A stretch of 63,639 nt of DNA, filler included, from Choristocarpus tenellus KU-1152 (GCA_964200185.2; 13 parts of 13 records of this genome joined end to end with filler, not necessarily neighbours in it); one strand, 5' to 3'. Numbered from the whole stretch's first letter, positions 13,876 to 27,571 are shown. The notes: generated by a model from the letters alone, not told the origin. Numbers and translations: made by a program.

Positions 13876-15470
13876 GTGAGCACAAACACATGTGACTTGC
13901 ACAGCAACATGAACCACGACGGTGAGACAAGGATAGCCGCCGAGGCCACTCTGCCCCCTGGATCTACCCTCGGCACCTTCTCTGTCGAGAGGCGGCGGAA
14001 GAGCAAGTACCGTGTGACACTCAGTGCGAAGTTAGGTGACAGGAAAGTGCGTGTACTGTGGTGCAGCAGCATAACCAAATCGCGAAATGGATCACGGGGC
14101 CATGACGCTGATGATGCTGAGAGAAGAGCATTGAAAGCATTACCACACAAACGTGGTTGGATTTTCAACCACATTGGAGCAGTGTTCTGCAGTCTCTGCC
14201 ACCTCAGGAAAGCAGGAAGAAGAGAGTGGCGAGTCCATCTCCGAGTGGTACAGTGACAAGTCTCTGGGGAAGCCTGGTCACGGCGGGCGAAGGGAGAGTC
14301 GGGGTGGCCGCCCGAAGGGAAGGTTGGGGAAGAGAGCAATGCGACTGCGTGCCATTGAGCTCAGGAAACGCCTAAGCGAAAACCAGGGTGTAGAATATCT
14401 TAGTAATCAACAGTTGCAGCAGGCCCTGTCTGCCAGGAAACTGTGTGAGCCAGAGTGGCTTAAGGAAACGAGAAAGAAGGTGTTAGGGTTGAGCTACAAG
14501 GGCTCTAAAAACCGAAAGAAGGTCGAAAGGGCTCGCAAGGCGGAGGAGAAAGCAATCGTAACAAAGCCAGCTGTGGAGACTTTTCGATATCACCAAATCC
14601 CTTACTTAGAAGAGGTCGCGAAGCAGGTGGAGAGTGAAACTATCTTAGAGGGTATGAGTTTTGCCCTGTTTGTCCATTTGGGGCTTGGCTTCCCATGGGG
14701 TTTTTAGTGACATTTTCCTACTCCAAAATGTTTCGGAGTAGGTAAATTGTATACGTAATGAAAACATGTGTCCAGGACATGGATATTGACACTTCCTAAC
14801 AAACACGAGGGCAAAAATTACTTCATAATCACAACATTGGATTTTGACCCCAAATGGACGCGACTCAACTCTCTAAGATACTTTGGCGCTGGAGGTAGCC
14901 ATAAACAAGGACGCCAGGGATGAAGAGGAGGTGAGACTGAGACTATTTGCACACCAATGGTTTGGTGTCTCCCACTTCTTGCAAGATGCCGTACATCCAC
15001 CTTTGTTCCTGGACTTGGGGTTGGACGCTTAAAGTTGATTAAGGCTTTCTCCTAGCCTGCATTCATTCGAGAAATCAACTTAATTTTCGAAAAAATCAAG
15101 CCTGTCCTCCCCCGCCCTTACGCCTTGATGATAAAATATCACCCATCCGGGAAACACGGACAACGCCCATTTCTGGCTCTCAACAAGGAAATGTGATAGA
15201 TAAGGCTCTAACATTGTGAATCCTGTATGTGTGTATGAGCGACGGAAAGACTGTCAAACAACGCTCGAGATGGCAGCAGGATATGCGATGGTCAGGTCGG
15301 AAACTGTGAGCAAATGGGAGAGAGACCTCCTAACTCAGGACCATATCAAGGTGTCAGAGCAAGGGCGCTACGAGAGGCGTTTCATCCTGGGCCTCAACGA
15401 GGACATCCTAGCCGAGGTCAAAGAGTGGGTGCGCGAGCACACAGGAAGAAAGGGTGTGGAGGCTTTATTC
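13876..15470 (+). pseudogene. Disrupted DNA-transposon ORF relic; the 3' part resembles the N-terminal region of an IS630/Tc1/mariner-like transposase
   Basis: Intronless frameshifted ORFs (13876-14256, 14153-14631, continuing after the MITE). 15216-15470 reads TVSKWERDLLTQDHIKVSEQGRYERRFILGLNEDILAEVKEWVREHTGRKG, which resembles from memory the 'S.QG.Y.R.....NE.L......VREN...KG' segment of Tc1-like transposases. Confidence 0.5.
14632..14889 (-). mobile_element. MITE family A, complete, 4-bp TSD TGGA, inserted in an ORF
   Basis: gagtgaaactatcttagaggg...ctctaagatactttggcgc; tgga on both flanks. Confidence 0.92.
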
Positions 15471-16116
15471 CCATCTAAACCCTGTACTTTAATCAAGTAA
15501 TAGTGCATATCTGTTGCCACTCTTGGTGACCTACAATCCATGGTTCGAACCCCAATATGAGTTCTCTTTCTTCAAAAAAGAAAAAAATGGTAAGAAAAAA
15601 AGTTCGTTCTCTGGAGGGTCTTATGACGGGCATCACGAATATGCTTTTAATCTTTAAATCCGACGTCCACGTCATAAGATATGGCAGGACAACCCAAGAG
15701 AGAGAAGCTGCTGGTACCACTATAGTATTTGCAGTATTAGTAGTGGCGGTAGTAGTAGTGGTGGTATATATTTGGTAGACCGATCATTTCTAGTTTTGTT
15801 CTTGTATGAAGAAGGGTTATCACCAAATGGAAACTACCCATTTCAAAAATCCCCAAAAGCTAAGTACTCCTCTGTGCCATAATTTTGTGCCGCGAAACAT
15901 CAGGGCTCACCAGCAAAAACGGCGCCGAATCAGACAATAGCTCACGGAATGAAATCGGGTTGACAATATCAGCTTTCAGAAAAGGTGGGGATCGAGGATC
16001 ATCAGGTACAAACTCGNNNNNNNNNNNNNNNNNNNNNNNNNNNNNNNNNNNNNNNNNNNNTTAATTAATTAANNNNNNNNNNNNNNNNNNNNNNNNNNNN
16101 NNNNNNNNNNNNNNNN

Positions 16117-16135
16117 CCCCCCAGATACTTTGGGT
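16117..16135 (+). mobile_element. MITE family B terminal fragment
   Basis: ccccccagatactttgg at contig start. Confidence 0.65.
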
Positions 16136-17218
16136 AAGTTCCTCTGTATTAGGTTCCCCACGCCCGTACACTGCTCGCACTTCTTAGAACGCGAGAAGAA
16201 ATACTTGCGCTATTTGCCTGTATCATGCCCCCCAGCGTGAACTATAGGAGTACATGTTTCACTTACCACAGGCGATAATCATGGATCAGGATGATAAATA
16301 TCATCCATCACCTTAGATCGTGCTGCGGCGGAATACAAAATTGCCATTTGGTAGCATTGGGGCTCCAGTTCCGACTCTGCCAATTGTTTCCAACATAGGG
16401 ACTCCAGTTCGAAATTAACCCATGGATTCCAACAATGATAGACAAATCTCCTCGCCTCTTTTGAGAATTATCCCCAAAAATCGTAAGACACAGTCAAAAT
16501 CAATATATGTCTGACCCAATCAGAGTACATACTTTCATAAGAAATTAAATGTAACTCCAACTAGACCCAAAATAGGTCGACGAATATCCTTGTTTTCCTT
16601 GGGAAAATCTGTCCCAAGGTTCACAGAATACCATCAGATTCAGTTTGCGTCTGGGCTAATCTGAGTATAGACTTGCTCCTTTTGAAACACATCTTCAAAA
16701 TTTACAAAGTATATATCTCTAACATGGCATAAAAATGAATGGGTTCCCAGTTCCGATCTTCCCAATGACAGATGTACGTGCTATCAAGGAATAGATTATA
16801 CTTTTTCATGACCTTGACATCTGATGATTGCCTGTCATATACCCCCCAAGTACAAAGCATACTCAAGGCTGCTAGTGTACAAAACAGGCAATGACAAAAA
16901 TTAAAGAATAGAACAAATGAAGAAGGGTCAATGAGAGCAACAAGTAGTAATAATAATATATGAAAAAAGAAAAAGGAGCAATAAACAGAAGGAAAGAAAA
17001 AAATTGTGCATAAAATGAGGGCAAAAAAATGGAAGAAAAAAAGAAAACGAGTACTATATAGAAAGGAAAGAGAAATAATCGGTGGACGATGAGGGTAACA
17101 AAAATGGAAAAAAAACTGAATTTTAAAAAATAACAATATAATAAAAAAAGGAAGAACAAGAAAAAATAGAAAAGGTCAGTGAATAATGAGAGTAATAACC
17201 ATGAAAAAAACGAAATTA

Positions 17219-17461
17219 GAGTCAAAGTATCTTAGCGGGTAGAGCCGCGTCCATTTGGGGACCAAAATCTCATGTCGTAACTTTAATGTAATTTTGACTT
17301 TCATGTTTGTTAGGAGATGTCAATATCCTTGTTCCGGACACACCTTTTCTTAACGTATACGTTCTACCTACTCCGAAACATTCTGCAGAAGGTAAAATGC
17401 CATTAAAAACCCGTGGGGATCTTAGAGGGATAAACTTGTACCCTCTAAGATACTTTAACTC
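17219..17461 (+). mobile_element. MITE family A, complete, degenerate TSD ATTA/ATAA
   Basis: gagtcaaagtatcttagcggg...ccctctaagatactttaactc. Confidence 0.9.
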
Positions 17462-17749
17462 ATAAGAAATATAAAGGACGGTGGGATCATAACTAAAAAT
17501 GAAAAAATAAACGTTAAAAGAACAGAAGTGTGAGATAAAGAAAACATATTTATATATATTTGTATAAAAATAGAAAATTCAAGATCATAGATAGCAGCTA
17601 CAATATAGATATGAGGACAAAATAAAAAAAGTAATGAGTAAGTTATATATTTTCAAAAAGCTTCAGGCTATGCAACCCATGTATATATATTACTACTGTA
17701 TTCTCTGAAAAAGACTTCAGACTATGCAACCTAAATATAGTGCTGTATG

Positions 17750-18943
17750 CTCTAATGTGGGCAGCTTCTCTTCGTTCCAACTTCTGCTATCTCACGTTCC
17801 TTTCAGTGACTATGATTGTCAATGCGTTATTCTCTTGTTCTAGCATGTACCAGCTGAACTTCACCTTGTCCTTCAGGCATACAGTTATTGTTACACGCGA
17901 TATGTCTTGATGGCGGTTTCATAAACACCATTATGACCTTGTCTAGATTTGATATATTTGTACTTCTTGACAATTTATTTATTATTTGGTAATTATGGTC
18001 CCCGATTGTGATAAGACATCGTAGACCAGTCCCTTTTTATACGATGATATTGATAATAATCAAAGTGAGAGATCCAGCATACTTGACGACTTNNNNNNNN
18101 NNCATCAGGAGCCCTATACTTGCATCAGTATCATCTATAGGTCCGTAGATTGGAGCTATATATCCTGTGGAGGTAAGCTTCTGGGGCGCGCTGTAACATT
18201 ATTACCTGCTGGGTGGTCTTCTGGAGGACCCACTCATCTCTCTTCTGTTGAATTCCTTCTTACCTCCATCCTCCAACCGTACCCTCCATCCAGTAGAGTG
18301 ACTTAAAGTCAAAAACTGGGCCCTGTGTGTTACCTGTCTCTTCCTCTTTCATCCTCCCACAACGTTTGGCACTAGTAACTATAGGGAAGAGACGTAACAC
18401 ATCCTCTCAGGGCAAGAGTTGTTCTTGGGTTGGAATAATAGTTGGGCGTGGTCTTGTGTTAGGATTGTGAAGGTTCTAGAAGGCATGATCAACATCCAAC
18501 TGTAGTAAGGTAAAGCTGTTCATTGCTTCTGTGTCTGTTACCTAGTCTGACAACTATCCATCTTAGAACTTTCCTTTGTACTAAAATGCCATTTGCTAAG
18601 GTCTGACAAGGGTACATTGTTACTCCTCGATCTGAGTGTTGGAATCCTGACAAAAGGAACCCATGATGACCGTGGGGTTATTTGGAAGCATTGACCTTTC
18701 TAAAATGACAGTGTGCTCTGGTGTTGCCTACCAAAATTTTACCCCTAAATAATATTTGTAAAGTAGCCCCACCACTATCGTAAATGTCACATTGCGCACA
18801 TTATCCTCTGGGGGAAACGCTATTGGAAGTTTGCATGACTCCAATACCTGCATTGGTGGAATATTGTACCCTCTGGGGTTTGCTGCATGTAAGGTACCTT
18901 TGCCTGCTATTTTGAACTGTGGTAAGCAATTTTCACCCCCCAA
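17750..18943 (-). pseudogene. Possible highly decayed Ty3/Gypsy pol relic
   Basis: Minus-strand VTFTIVVGLLYKYYLGVKF (retropepsin C-terminal-like) and IIV*KGDWSTMSYHNRDHN, weakly like the RT start 'VKKKDGS.R.C.DYR.LN'. Confidence 0.3.
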
Positions 18944-19142
18944 AGAGCAGTGCTAGTAAAAAAAAAACAAAAACAAAAAAAAAAACAGACGAGACGTAAT
19001 TCCCCCCCTCCCCCGGCAGGGTGAGAGGCCGCTGGGAGATACNNNNNNNNNNNNNNNNNNNNNNNNNNNNNNNNNNNNNNNNNNNNTTAATTAATTAANN
19101 NNNNNNNNNNNNNNNNNNNNNNNNNNNNNNNNNNNNNNNNNN

Positions 19143-19207
19143 AGTGAAAATCGAAAAGAGGGTGAAAAACGGACGCCGAAACCGCCCCCCCCCAGATACT
19201 TTGACCC
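19143..19207 (+). mobile_element. MITE family B-like terminal fragment with a variant interior
   Basis: Ends cccccccagatactttgaccc; the adjacent interior differs from canonical B. Confidence 0.7.
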
Positions 19208-19614
19208 TTCTTGTCTTGAACAGACAGTGAACTGTTCCACCCATTTTCCCCGAACAGATCGAGAGAAGTCTAGCTTTGACTACAAACTTACACCTATTGT
19301 TGTACCTGCATCTCTGTTGCCGACTTGAGCTGGGACTTGCCATTGATTCTGAACTGGAGCTTTGTGGTCCACATCACCTTATGATTGGAAAAAACACTAG
19401 ACCTCTACTACTAATATGTCGGGCTACCTCACGGCACAGGATGGAACAGGGTACAATATGATGAATCGATATTGTAGGGGGGCTCACATCGGTCCTCATA
19501 TGGCAAGACCCGGAGTTTACTAGTTTATGACTTGAGAGGATCCCTACTCAAACGATGTAGAATTGGATGGAATGTTCAGCCCTTCATTTGGCAAGTTACA
19601 TGATGGACCTTTAC

Positions 19615-21658
19615 CTTGAGATGAGGTGAAAAGAAATGATTGCAGCTGTGTACAGAGCTTTTCTGCTCTATGTCACAGTTTGCACTCCAATTGGAGGCAC
19701 ATCTGGATGGTGGTAAAGGGAGGTTGATGAGTACCATTATTATTACCATACTCTCTCTCTCTCTATTCAAGAAATTTTATCGGACTAGACCATTGCGGAA
19801 AAGAGGGTATGAGTGCCTGTCGAAAATGCTGATCTCAGTTACGGATGTGGGTAAGCTACAGTTACATATTCCTTCGATCCGTGGACAGTATCAATACTCT
19901 ATTTGTCAACATAATGCTACCTCCCAAAAAGCAATAACCTGAGCACCACTACAAAGGATACGTGTCCTCATCTTGGGCAAGGGCTTTAGGTGGGAAAGAA
20001 GGTAAACATGTTCTCCCTATCTTCCCCTCCTAAGAATTCATTGCTATTCCCACACTTGGAGTGCTTCCCTTGCCCTACACCTCATATAAGTGGTTGCATA
20101 CTCCCACTTTGTTATTCTTTTTTGACGGCAGAGTCAGATCCTCACATACGTATGTATTGTGCGAATCTCTTTGTCACAACTTGAACATGACTGCCATATT
20201 TGTGGGAGTCACCTCCGCTTAGTTAACCACCTCCTCTGTTAAGGGAGTCAGAAATACACCTGGGGATCACATGGTGAAAATGGTCGTTGCAGTGCCCTAA
20301 CTTACACCTGACATCCTTCGCTTCAGACACAAAATCGATTAATTAGTCCATCAAAGTACTACAAAAACAGATGGGGAAAAGGGGGGGTAGCCTCCCCAAT
20401 ATGGTTTTAAAAAAAGATATATGCTCTACATATATGATAGCTCTCTTGGATAAATTATTTTGATGAGGAAGAACTATCACACATATTTTCATGGCAGGTT
20501 GGTGAGGTCTGTCAAGTGTTCTCACGATACATATATAGCTAGGCCACTTCTCAACCGCCAGTACACAGTTTTTCAGGTACGGTCATCCAGAAAAGGATCA
20601 CTTGGAATCCCCCCCCCAATTCTTGTGTTCTTATTTTTGTTGATGCAACCGCGGTCACACACTTGTGCTGATCTCAACCTTCTGAATTGCAACTTTTCAG
20701 GGCCTGCAGAGTGGTCTTGGTCACATTTTTACGTGCAGTACCTTATCCTATTGCTATACCCTATCAAACCCGACCCTTACGCCTATACCACCCACGGATG
20801 GGTCTTCCCAATCAGGTAACTCCTTCCACCTCACACGATCCACCCGAAAGCTTTTCTCTCAGTTCCCTCTCCAGCACTACATTTCGAGTGAAGGCATGGA
20901 TTTCACTGGAGTGAGCTCATCGTCCAAATGCCTACCTATGGCCTGCTTCGAAATTTGGGCTGTTGTAGACTTAAGGAATAATAAACTAATTTTGATCAGG
21001 ACGCAATGACGTTTCGTGCACAGGAAAGCCTCCCAAGGGGAAATGATTCTCCACCAGAAGTTAGAATCTCAACACCTCGTTTTCTCCTTTCCTTGATGTG
21101 AGGAACGAGTTGTGTATTTAGTTCAGCACATAGGAAGAATTACCAGGTGACTGTTTTTCTTAACCTCTCCAATAATACGGAGAGATCAAGCTGACTATCC
21201 CTCTGCTACCCTTGCGTTCCATGAGATGGTGTTCCTAAGCAGCAACTCAACAAACGATTTTTGTTGCCGTTGCGAAACTTTGTTCCTCGTCTCAGTGTTC
21301 GTGTTAGGCCAACTTATTGAGGAAGTCTGGTAATTTTTACTCCTATACTTCCTAGAGTACGACTTCAGATGACCCCTTATCATTTGCCGCTGTGCATAAG
21401 GGAGTAGGGTTTTCTTGCTGGTTTGAAGCAAGAGTAAGCAATATTGCATTGTTTCCCTGAGCAGGGATAACGTGTAGATACACACAGAGCACCACAGCAA
21501 GCGGACGAAGCATCGCTCAGGCGTTGAAGCGTTCCAAAGATGAGCATAGGCATCAAGGTAGGTGCCACACCTGAATATCTGAATGGAGGGTCTGACAGTC
21601 TTTTTTGATACTGTCACGTTCTTGCTTTAACTGATGAGCAGATCTTGCATTGAATACC
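19615..21658 (-). CDS. Possible spliced hypothetical gene (candidate exons ~21572-21658, from ~21389 downstream, ~19615-19702)
   Basis: Phase-compatible ag|VFNARSAHQLKQERDSIKKDCQTLHSDIQ|gt and cag|RQMIRGHLKS...; no recognisable domain. Confidence 0.3.
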
Positions 21659-22157
21659 TTCAAAGCAAATGATACATCTAGCGTACGGCGACCGGAGTGG
21701 TATCCCTTCTACATACACGTAACCTTGCTTCGACCGACGAGCAGATTGGCGTTGAATACCTCCAAAACTGATCTGTGCCTAGCGCGACCGATGTAGCACA
21801 CGTCCTACCAGCCTCTACCAATATGCGCTGCGGCAGCCCTGTAACTGCTTCCACCTTTTGGTTGACCCAACCCTGATTTCCTTCATAACGCCTTGGCGGA
21901 GGTTTTTTGCTCGGTGATGATTCTCTGGTGTGTTGATATCATCGGAGGGGGCAACGCATTTAAGTCTAGGGTGTGTGTCATGTTTTTGTGACATGGTTCG
22001 TTCGTAGACCAGGATGTCCATGCTTGGCGTTCTTAGTGCTGGTAAAGTTCTCAGTGTTCAGCTGTTCATTGAACAATCGAGCCTACCGCCTACCCCCCAC
22101 TCCCACCCACCTCGCCTTCCCCCAACTTCCACTTAATTCCTAATTCATCTACCCTAG

Positions 22158-23816
22158 GTGGCTGTGCGATGCCGGCCCTTCACGATAGATGACAAACTCG
22201 GGGTACACATGGTGCAGAATGAAGAGGAGGAGGGCGAGGTCAATCTGCTTAATTCAGACTACACCACCAATCGCTTTGCATTCACATACTCCTGGTGGTC
22301 TGCCTATGGCTTTGATCGTCATGTCCTCAGCAACAATGTGTGTTGAGGATGACTATGATGTAGCTGGAGCCTAGATAGTGTGTCATCTCTATATTCAAGT
22401 CTAATTTTTGTGTGTGAATCGAAGGTTCAGTGCAATACCTGCAAATGACTCTACTGTACTGTGGTTGTAGCCACTACCATTGGCAAAGGCTAAGGTTGTT
22501 TTCCTCAGTAGCAATCAATATATATTTACATATGCAGTGGTTCATTTTTCCTTAACGGAGTTTTTTTACAGAGGGTCTATCCCTATCCCAAATTAGTGAT
22601 ACCTTTTGTGTATTTGCATGCACTGACTGGATCTCCTCCAAACCTCTCTGCCATCCTACTTTTGGTGCATGGTCAGAATGAAGCACACGCAATGAAGCTC
22701 ATGAACCAGGAGGAAGTGTACAACTCTGTTGGCTTGAAGATCAAGAGTGACCTCTATGACGGCAATGCTGTGGTCCTCTTTGCTTATGGACTGTCAGGCT
22801 CAGGCAAGACCTTCACTGTCTTTGGCCCTGATGCCATTGACATTCCTGAGGTGAGGAACCTGCCCCTGTTCTGGTTGCTATGATCACCATTCTCTATACT
22901 CTTTTTCTGTAGCTGTATTGTGATAAGTGCAAATCAAGACACTCCCTTTTTGTCTGTTCTTCCTGGTAGCCCGTCTCGCAGTTGTTATAATGATGGTGCA
23001 TGATTATCTCAATATTCAATTCTTAATATTCAATCTCCCTTTGTTGCTCAGTGTCATGGCATTTTGAGCAAAAGAGGCATTAGATTTAACCAACGTGCTC
23101 CCCCTTCCATATTTTGGAAAACCACATTGTTCTGTCAGGCATGGTTCAAGCACAATCAACCTCACCCCCTGTGGGGAATCTTTCCTCGTTTAGCCTTTGA
23201 GCTGTTCAATGACAAGAAAGATGGGTGGAAGATCACCATGAAGTACTTCCAAAACGTAGTGGACACTGTAAGGTATTCGCTTGGAGACACAATTTAAAGA
23301 CGCAATTTAAAGACACAATTTAAAGAAATTTGGAGGCATCCAGCGCCTTGCAGAACCAAAAAAATGTTCTTGGGGCCTAATAGTGTTGTTCCCTTGATTG
23401 ATTGATCCATTAAGACTGATGAAGTGCAGTGCATGTTGGCACTACTTGTCCAGTGATTGTCTGGAGGAAGTAGGGTTCTCCCGCTTGTTTGCTGTGTGTG
23501 ATGTATCAACATCAAGGTTAGTTGGTGCTAGAACAGATCAACATGCGCAGAAGCTTCTTCTTTCATCTGCCATATACACTCCTGGTGCTTACATTGTTAG
23601 GGTTGGGGTTAGAATTGTCCCAAAGTTGCACCCAAGGCTGAAGACTGTAATGTTGTGATTCCCAGGAAACTAACTGTGTTCTCAGCAAAATATTTCTGCA
23701 TGCTCTCCAGCATGACTATCACATTCTTTTTCTGATGTTCTGATTGTGTTTTTTTGTACTGGGATGCCTTACTACCTCTTTCAATGTTTACTTGTTGCCT
23801 TTGTTCTGTTTGACCT

Positions 23817-23853
<37 letters not shown>

Positions 23854-23965
23854 CCATCCCCCCCCCCCCCCCCCCCCTCTCCCTCCCCCCCCCTCCCCCC
23901 CCACCACACCGTACAACACACATNNNNNNNNNNTTTTTTTTTTTTTTTGGCGGCTTCTCTCTCTC

Positions 23966-24000
<35 letters not shown>

Positions 24001-24225
24001 CTTCCCCCCCCCCCCCCCCCCCCCCTTCCTCTTCAAATGCCAATGCTTACCAGGGACCTTCTGTCACCGGTCATCTCTGAGCAGCACTACAAGAATGGAA
24101 TGCGAAAGGATCCTGACGGTTTCATGGATATCGATTGGTGTTCCAATGTTGTTCTCAACAGTTGGGATGAGCTAAGGTCCACATTCATGGAAGCCAATGC
24201 AAAGAAGGCGATTGCCCCCACACAG
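22158..24225 (+). CDS. Divergent kinesin motor-domain protein, partial (exons 22158-22337, 22677-22850, 23139-23272, 24054-24225)
   Basis: VAVRCRP, P-loop FAYGLSGSGKTFTVFG, GIFPRLAFELF and TVRDLL; GT-AG junctions are phase-consistent. Truncated by the contig end before switch I. Confidence 0.9.
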
Positions 24226-24507
24226 GTGTGGACTTGGGACTTTCACGACTTTTGTAACGTGTCCCGTAACATTAGTGTGAAATTATTATTATTATTATTA
24301 TTATTTGACACAATTATGACATTAGCGTGACATTATTATTATTATTTAACATAGGTTTGGTGTTACCAAGAGTGGGAAGGTGAGGGTGATGGGGAGATTC
24401 ATGACAGGGTAAGAAAGTAGCCAGTTAAGGTTTGAAAAAAAATGTATTTCCCTATTAAAGGAACAATCCTGGACATGCAGGAAGTAATTTTCTTCTTGTT
24501 ATAGCAC

Positions 24508-24570
24508 TTAGGGTTAGGGTCAGGGTTAGTGTTAATCCAACACTTAGGGTTAGGGTTAGGGTTAGGGTTA
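24508..24570 (+). repeat. Interstitial telomeric arrays: (TTAGGG)2 plus variants, and (TTAGGG)4
   Basis: ttagggttagggtcagggttag, and ttagggx4 at 24544-24567. Confidence 0.85.
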
Positions 24571-24803
24571 ATCCAACGCTTTGAAGAGAATACCTTGTCA
24601 GCACTCAGGAAAAGGCATGTAGGTGGGGTCAGGTGGAAGGGACACACGAAGTCACACCTACCTGCTCATGGGGTAGGGTTAGGACTGTGATTATGATGAA
24701 GGTNNNNNNNNNNNNNNNNNNNNNNNNNNNNNNNNNNNNNNNNNNNNTTAATTAATTAANNNNNNNNNNNNNNNNNNNNNNNNNNNNNNNNNNNNNNNNN
24801 NNN

Positions 24804-24822
24804 CCCCCAGATACTTTGACCC
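24804..24822 (+). mobile_element. MITE family B terminal fragment
   Basis: cccccagatactttgaccc at contig start. Confidence 0.75.
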
Positions 24823-25781
24823 TTGTTGCAGGATGCGGTGGTGGATCCCGCCATCAAAATCATACTAATTCGACAGGTCTTTCTGTAGTCCAGCCTGTTC
24901 TGCATTCACGAGGAAAACAGAGCAAAGGTCGGGAGAGGGTACCAATGCAGTGATTCGTTGACTATCCAGCCTGTGCTCCAAAAGGTCAGAGCTATAAAAC
25001 GAAATATAGCGAAAGGATGATCGGCCGTTTTGTTGCGAGGGCAGACTTAAGGGGAGATCTGCAAGGTGAGTGTATACGTGGTTTAATGTATGGAGCAATA
25101 TACAGGTATTGTTTTAAGGGAGATAACGATTTGTGGGGGTGAGAGGGTATCATTGCCAAGGCCACGGCGAAAGTATTGTAACAACATTGCTGTGCCTGTC
25201 CCACGTTCAACCCAGCATCCCATCCAAAAGGAAATGAACGGTAAGTGGGAGATAGCTGAGGTCAACCCAGAGTACCAGAAGTAGTTTTGGAGTGGGTCCC
25301 CTCAAGGATCGGCAATGATGTTTCGGAGGCAGATGATCTTTAAGGCACCCCTGAATGAAGGCAGACAACAAGCCCAACACTCTGTGACAATTGTGTTTTG
25401 TGGTGCTATGTGGGCAGTACAAGCCACATGATTTCCTCTGCATTTATTTCTTCCCATATATCGAATCTCAGCTAATTTCTCTGAAGGGTGTGGGTATGTC
25501 TTGGAGGACTTATTAATCCTCCCATCCCGAAGCCAACAACAAACCCATCCAATTCCTCATTTCGAACTGTTCTACTGCCTGCAGCGCCACTTCCGATGTT
25601 CCTTTGATCTAACAGTTGTGCTTTATTTTCCCTTAATATGTGGCTAAGATTGCAGACCTGTCAACTTCATCGGCATTAAATTTATGTATTATACGACTTC
25701 ACTCCAGGTCACTGGTATGTGCATGTAAATCCTTTGAGGTAAGTTTATGTTGAAATATATCACTTGCATCTACCATCATGG

Positions 25782-25832
25782 AACTCAGTGTAACTCAGTG
25801 TAACTCAGTGTAACTCAGTGTAACTCAGTGTA
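25782..25832. repeat. 10-bp tandem repeat (AACTCAGTGT)5
   Basis: Five perfect units visible. Confidence 0.9.
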
Positions 25833-27145
25833 AAGACATGTTACTTGAAGGAACACAAATAATGTGTAGGTTCGCGGTTTGAAGGAATATTAAAACTTTG
25901 AATTCTGTGAATCGTCGTTTCTCGTTAAGTTCTCTGTGTAGGGGCTTGAAGTGTTGTAGGCGAAGAAGTGACCCAGTCCACTGAAGCACTGGTGAATTCA
26001 TTGAAACGAATATTGTAACATGCTCTGTGCAGAGGCTGATCAAATTACTGCAATGTAGTGCTTGTCCAGTGCCGTGGGTCAAATAAAGTGATGCATGCTC
26101 TGAATAGAGACTTGTTACCTTCTGAAGGAAGGATACGGATGCATCTCACCAAGTTGTGATACACATAAAGGAGAGTGAATTCGAAGTCGAAGTGGAGGCG
26201 ATACCTCTATAAAGAAAACTATACAACTAGATGATACCAGTATCATTCTTCTGTGATAAAAAATAAAATAACCTGAATCTGATTCTGCGTCAACTCATGT
26301 GTGTGTCACGCACTGAGTTTGCATGTTGAAGAATATCTACCAATTCCAGGGATGAAGTGTGTAACTATAATTATACATATACTGCAACGTTAAGTCGTGA
26401 GCACGCAATGCGTGGACATATACACATGCAATCTAAATGCTTACAGACTGAGCGACCAGTGTTAGTGGACGAATCAACAATCAACACTAATTGAGGGTAC
26501 TGAACTCTATATACGGACCACGAAAGAGTAGGCCTATGCTTTAGCAGTATCTTCATGTAGAATATACTCAAACGACATGCATTTGATTACAATTTGTTCA
26601 GATGGTGGAATGGAGAGGTTAACAGGGGATATCGAGGGGGGGCATGAAAGGAGCGAACTGAAAACGCAGAGTAGGAGGAGGTCCATACAATAGGGATCAA
26701 TGTCCTTGGTGCATGCATTAACGGAGGCAGTTCAAGAAGAACAGAAATGAGTTGAATACCCGTTTCCTGGGAGGAACTTTCTTATTTAGATAATGAGATA
26801 GACTCTCAAAAGAGTGAAGATTACTTCTATCTCTTTTGTTCTACAAATTTGCAGTGCCCTCTACGTCTCAGTAAAAATGTATCAGCCATGAACCAACACG
26901 TACATCCTGCTTTAATAGGAGGAGGATGTACGTCCCTTCCCTCACACAGAAACATCCAGCTTGCCCTATTTCCGCAAGTTGATGAAAAAGGGGGAAGGCC
27001 AAGATACGTACTCCTAAGTCGCATTATTTTCCAAGCATTTGTCCTCATGTGGAAGAGATTAGGCTTGAACATGTAGTCTAGAACACCAATATTTCGACCT
27101 GTTCATGTACAGCTACCAAATAGCTATCGCCAGGAGATCAGAAAT

Positions 27146-27319
27146 GACTCAAAGTATCTGGGGGGGGAGGGGATCTACACCAGGGTGTACATTCGGGCCA
27201 TGACCAGGAGAATTTGAGCTTACATTATCCATCCGATGCATGCCACCAAATCACCCAAAAATTGCCACATGGAAAAATGGGCCCCGAATGGACAGCTGCT
27301 ACCCCCCCCCCCCCCAGAT
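27146..27319 (+). mobile_element. MITE family B, nearly complete, cut by contig end
   Basis: gactcaaagtatctggggg...tacaccagggtgtacattcggg...gaatggacagc...ccccagat. Confidence 0.88.
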
Positions 27320-27419
27320 NNNNNNNNNNNNNNNNNNNNNNNNNNNNNNNNNNNNNNNNNNNNTTAATTAATTAANNNNNNNNNNNNNNNNNNNNNNNNN
27401 NNNNNNNNNNNNNNNNNNN

Positions 27420-27571
<152 letters not shown>

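Noticed and set aside
16702-17225. Phe/Leu-rich 'membrane protein' ORFs
   Set aside because: Antisense reading of an A-rich low-complexity tract.
23609-24050. Poly-Pro/Gly/Lys/Phe ORFs
   Set aside because: Homopolymer tracts around a gap inside a kinesin intron; not coding.
25090-25443. Possible piggyBac-like C-terminal Cys-rich relic
   Set aside because: Only a vague, stop-interrupted Cys pattern; no DDD motifs or TTAA ends found.
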